Shown here: piece by piece, positions 63,698 through 64,000 of the stretch
Layout: each line of letters starts with the position of its first letter
Position numbering within the stretch: position 1 is the stretch's first letter
Source: Leucoraja erinacea
Taxonomy: Eukaryota
DNA length: 64,000 nt
Direction of reading: 5' to 3'
Assembly: GCF_028641065.1 (NCBI RefSeq)
Contig: NC_073403.1
Span: 13,020,001 to 13,084,000 of the forward strand
The notes under the pieces: model-generated
Database searches by the model: none
Seen by the model: the letters and a program-made list of their open reading frames with translations, nothing else
Told to the model about the DNA's origin: nothing
Program-made: the position numbers and the translations under genes

Positions 63698-64000
63698 TGC
63701 ATTTGCAGTAGTGCCTTTTAACCAAGCCAAAGAACCCAAGCCACCATTTACAGTAAGTCGTGCCTTTCAACTTCATGCCACCATTTGCAGTAAGTGGTGC
63801 CTTTCAACTTCAAGCCACACCCAAGCCACCATTTGCAGTAAGTGGTGTGCCTTTCAACTTCAAGCCAAAGCAACCAAGCCACCATTTGCAGTAATAATGC
63901 CTTTCAACTTCAAGCCAAAGCACCCAAGCAACTATTTGCAGTACGTAATGCCTTTCAACTTCAAGCCAAAGCACCCAAGCCACCATTTGCAGTAAGTAGT
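63698..64000. repeat. ~51-bp minisatellite (caagccaccatttgcagtaagtggtgcctttcaacttcaagccaaagcacc-like)
   Basis: About six variable units running to the window end. Confidence 0.88.

Larger units (their letters stand above)
62840..64000 (-). mobile_element. Non-autonomous Helitron-like element; 3' terminus at 62840, extends past window end
   Basis: The minus strand ends with a GGGACCC-AAC-GGGTCCC hairpin, 7 nt, then CTAG|T. It carries two internal minisatellites. Confidence 0.6.

Noticed and set aside
62859-63995. ORFs with repeated FKQGARPPNS / MPFNFKPKHP peptides
   Set aside because: They are by-products of 48-bp and ~51-bp minisatellites whose unit lengths are multiples of three; there is no splice or homology evidence.

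Overview
This is repeat-rich vertebrate genomic DNA. The repeat complement (CR1 LINEs with an SGNH-esterase ORF1, tRNA-derived V-SINE/HE1-type SINEs, Penelope-like element tails, Rex1/Babar-like and L2 LINE remnants, hAT, Harbinger and Helitron derivatives) suggests a cartilaginous fish, probably a skate or ray; the organism is an inference. One host gene is supported. It is the 5' end of a class B1 (secretin-family) GPCR of the VIP/PACAP/GHRH-receptor group on the minus strand. A signal-peptide exon lies at 21666-21716 in a CpG island, followed by a ~21.1-kb intron and exon 2 at 421-523; the rest of the gene lies left of the window. Positions 22.8-64 kb are upstream or intergenic. Almost all listed six-frame ORFs are chance ORFs or retroelement remnants. 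The most notable findings are four. (1) A ~139-nt retroposon present in two copies whose 5' end folds into a minimal HDV-like self-cleaving ribozyme. (2) Many palindromic Penelope-derived inserts carrying hammerhead-ribozyme core motifs and 10-17 bp target duplications. (3) A segment that looks like a mosaic of a Penelope insert and its own downstream flank, probably an assembly or haplotype artefact. (4) A hAT transposase remnant and its matching MITE. All structures and translations were read by eye, and repeat boundaries are approximate unless a TSD is given.
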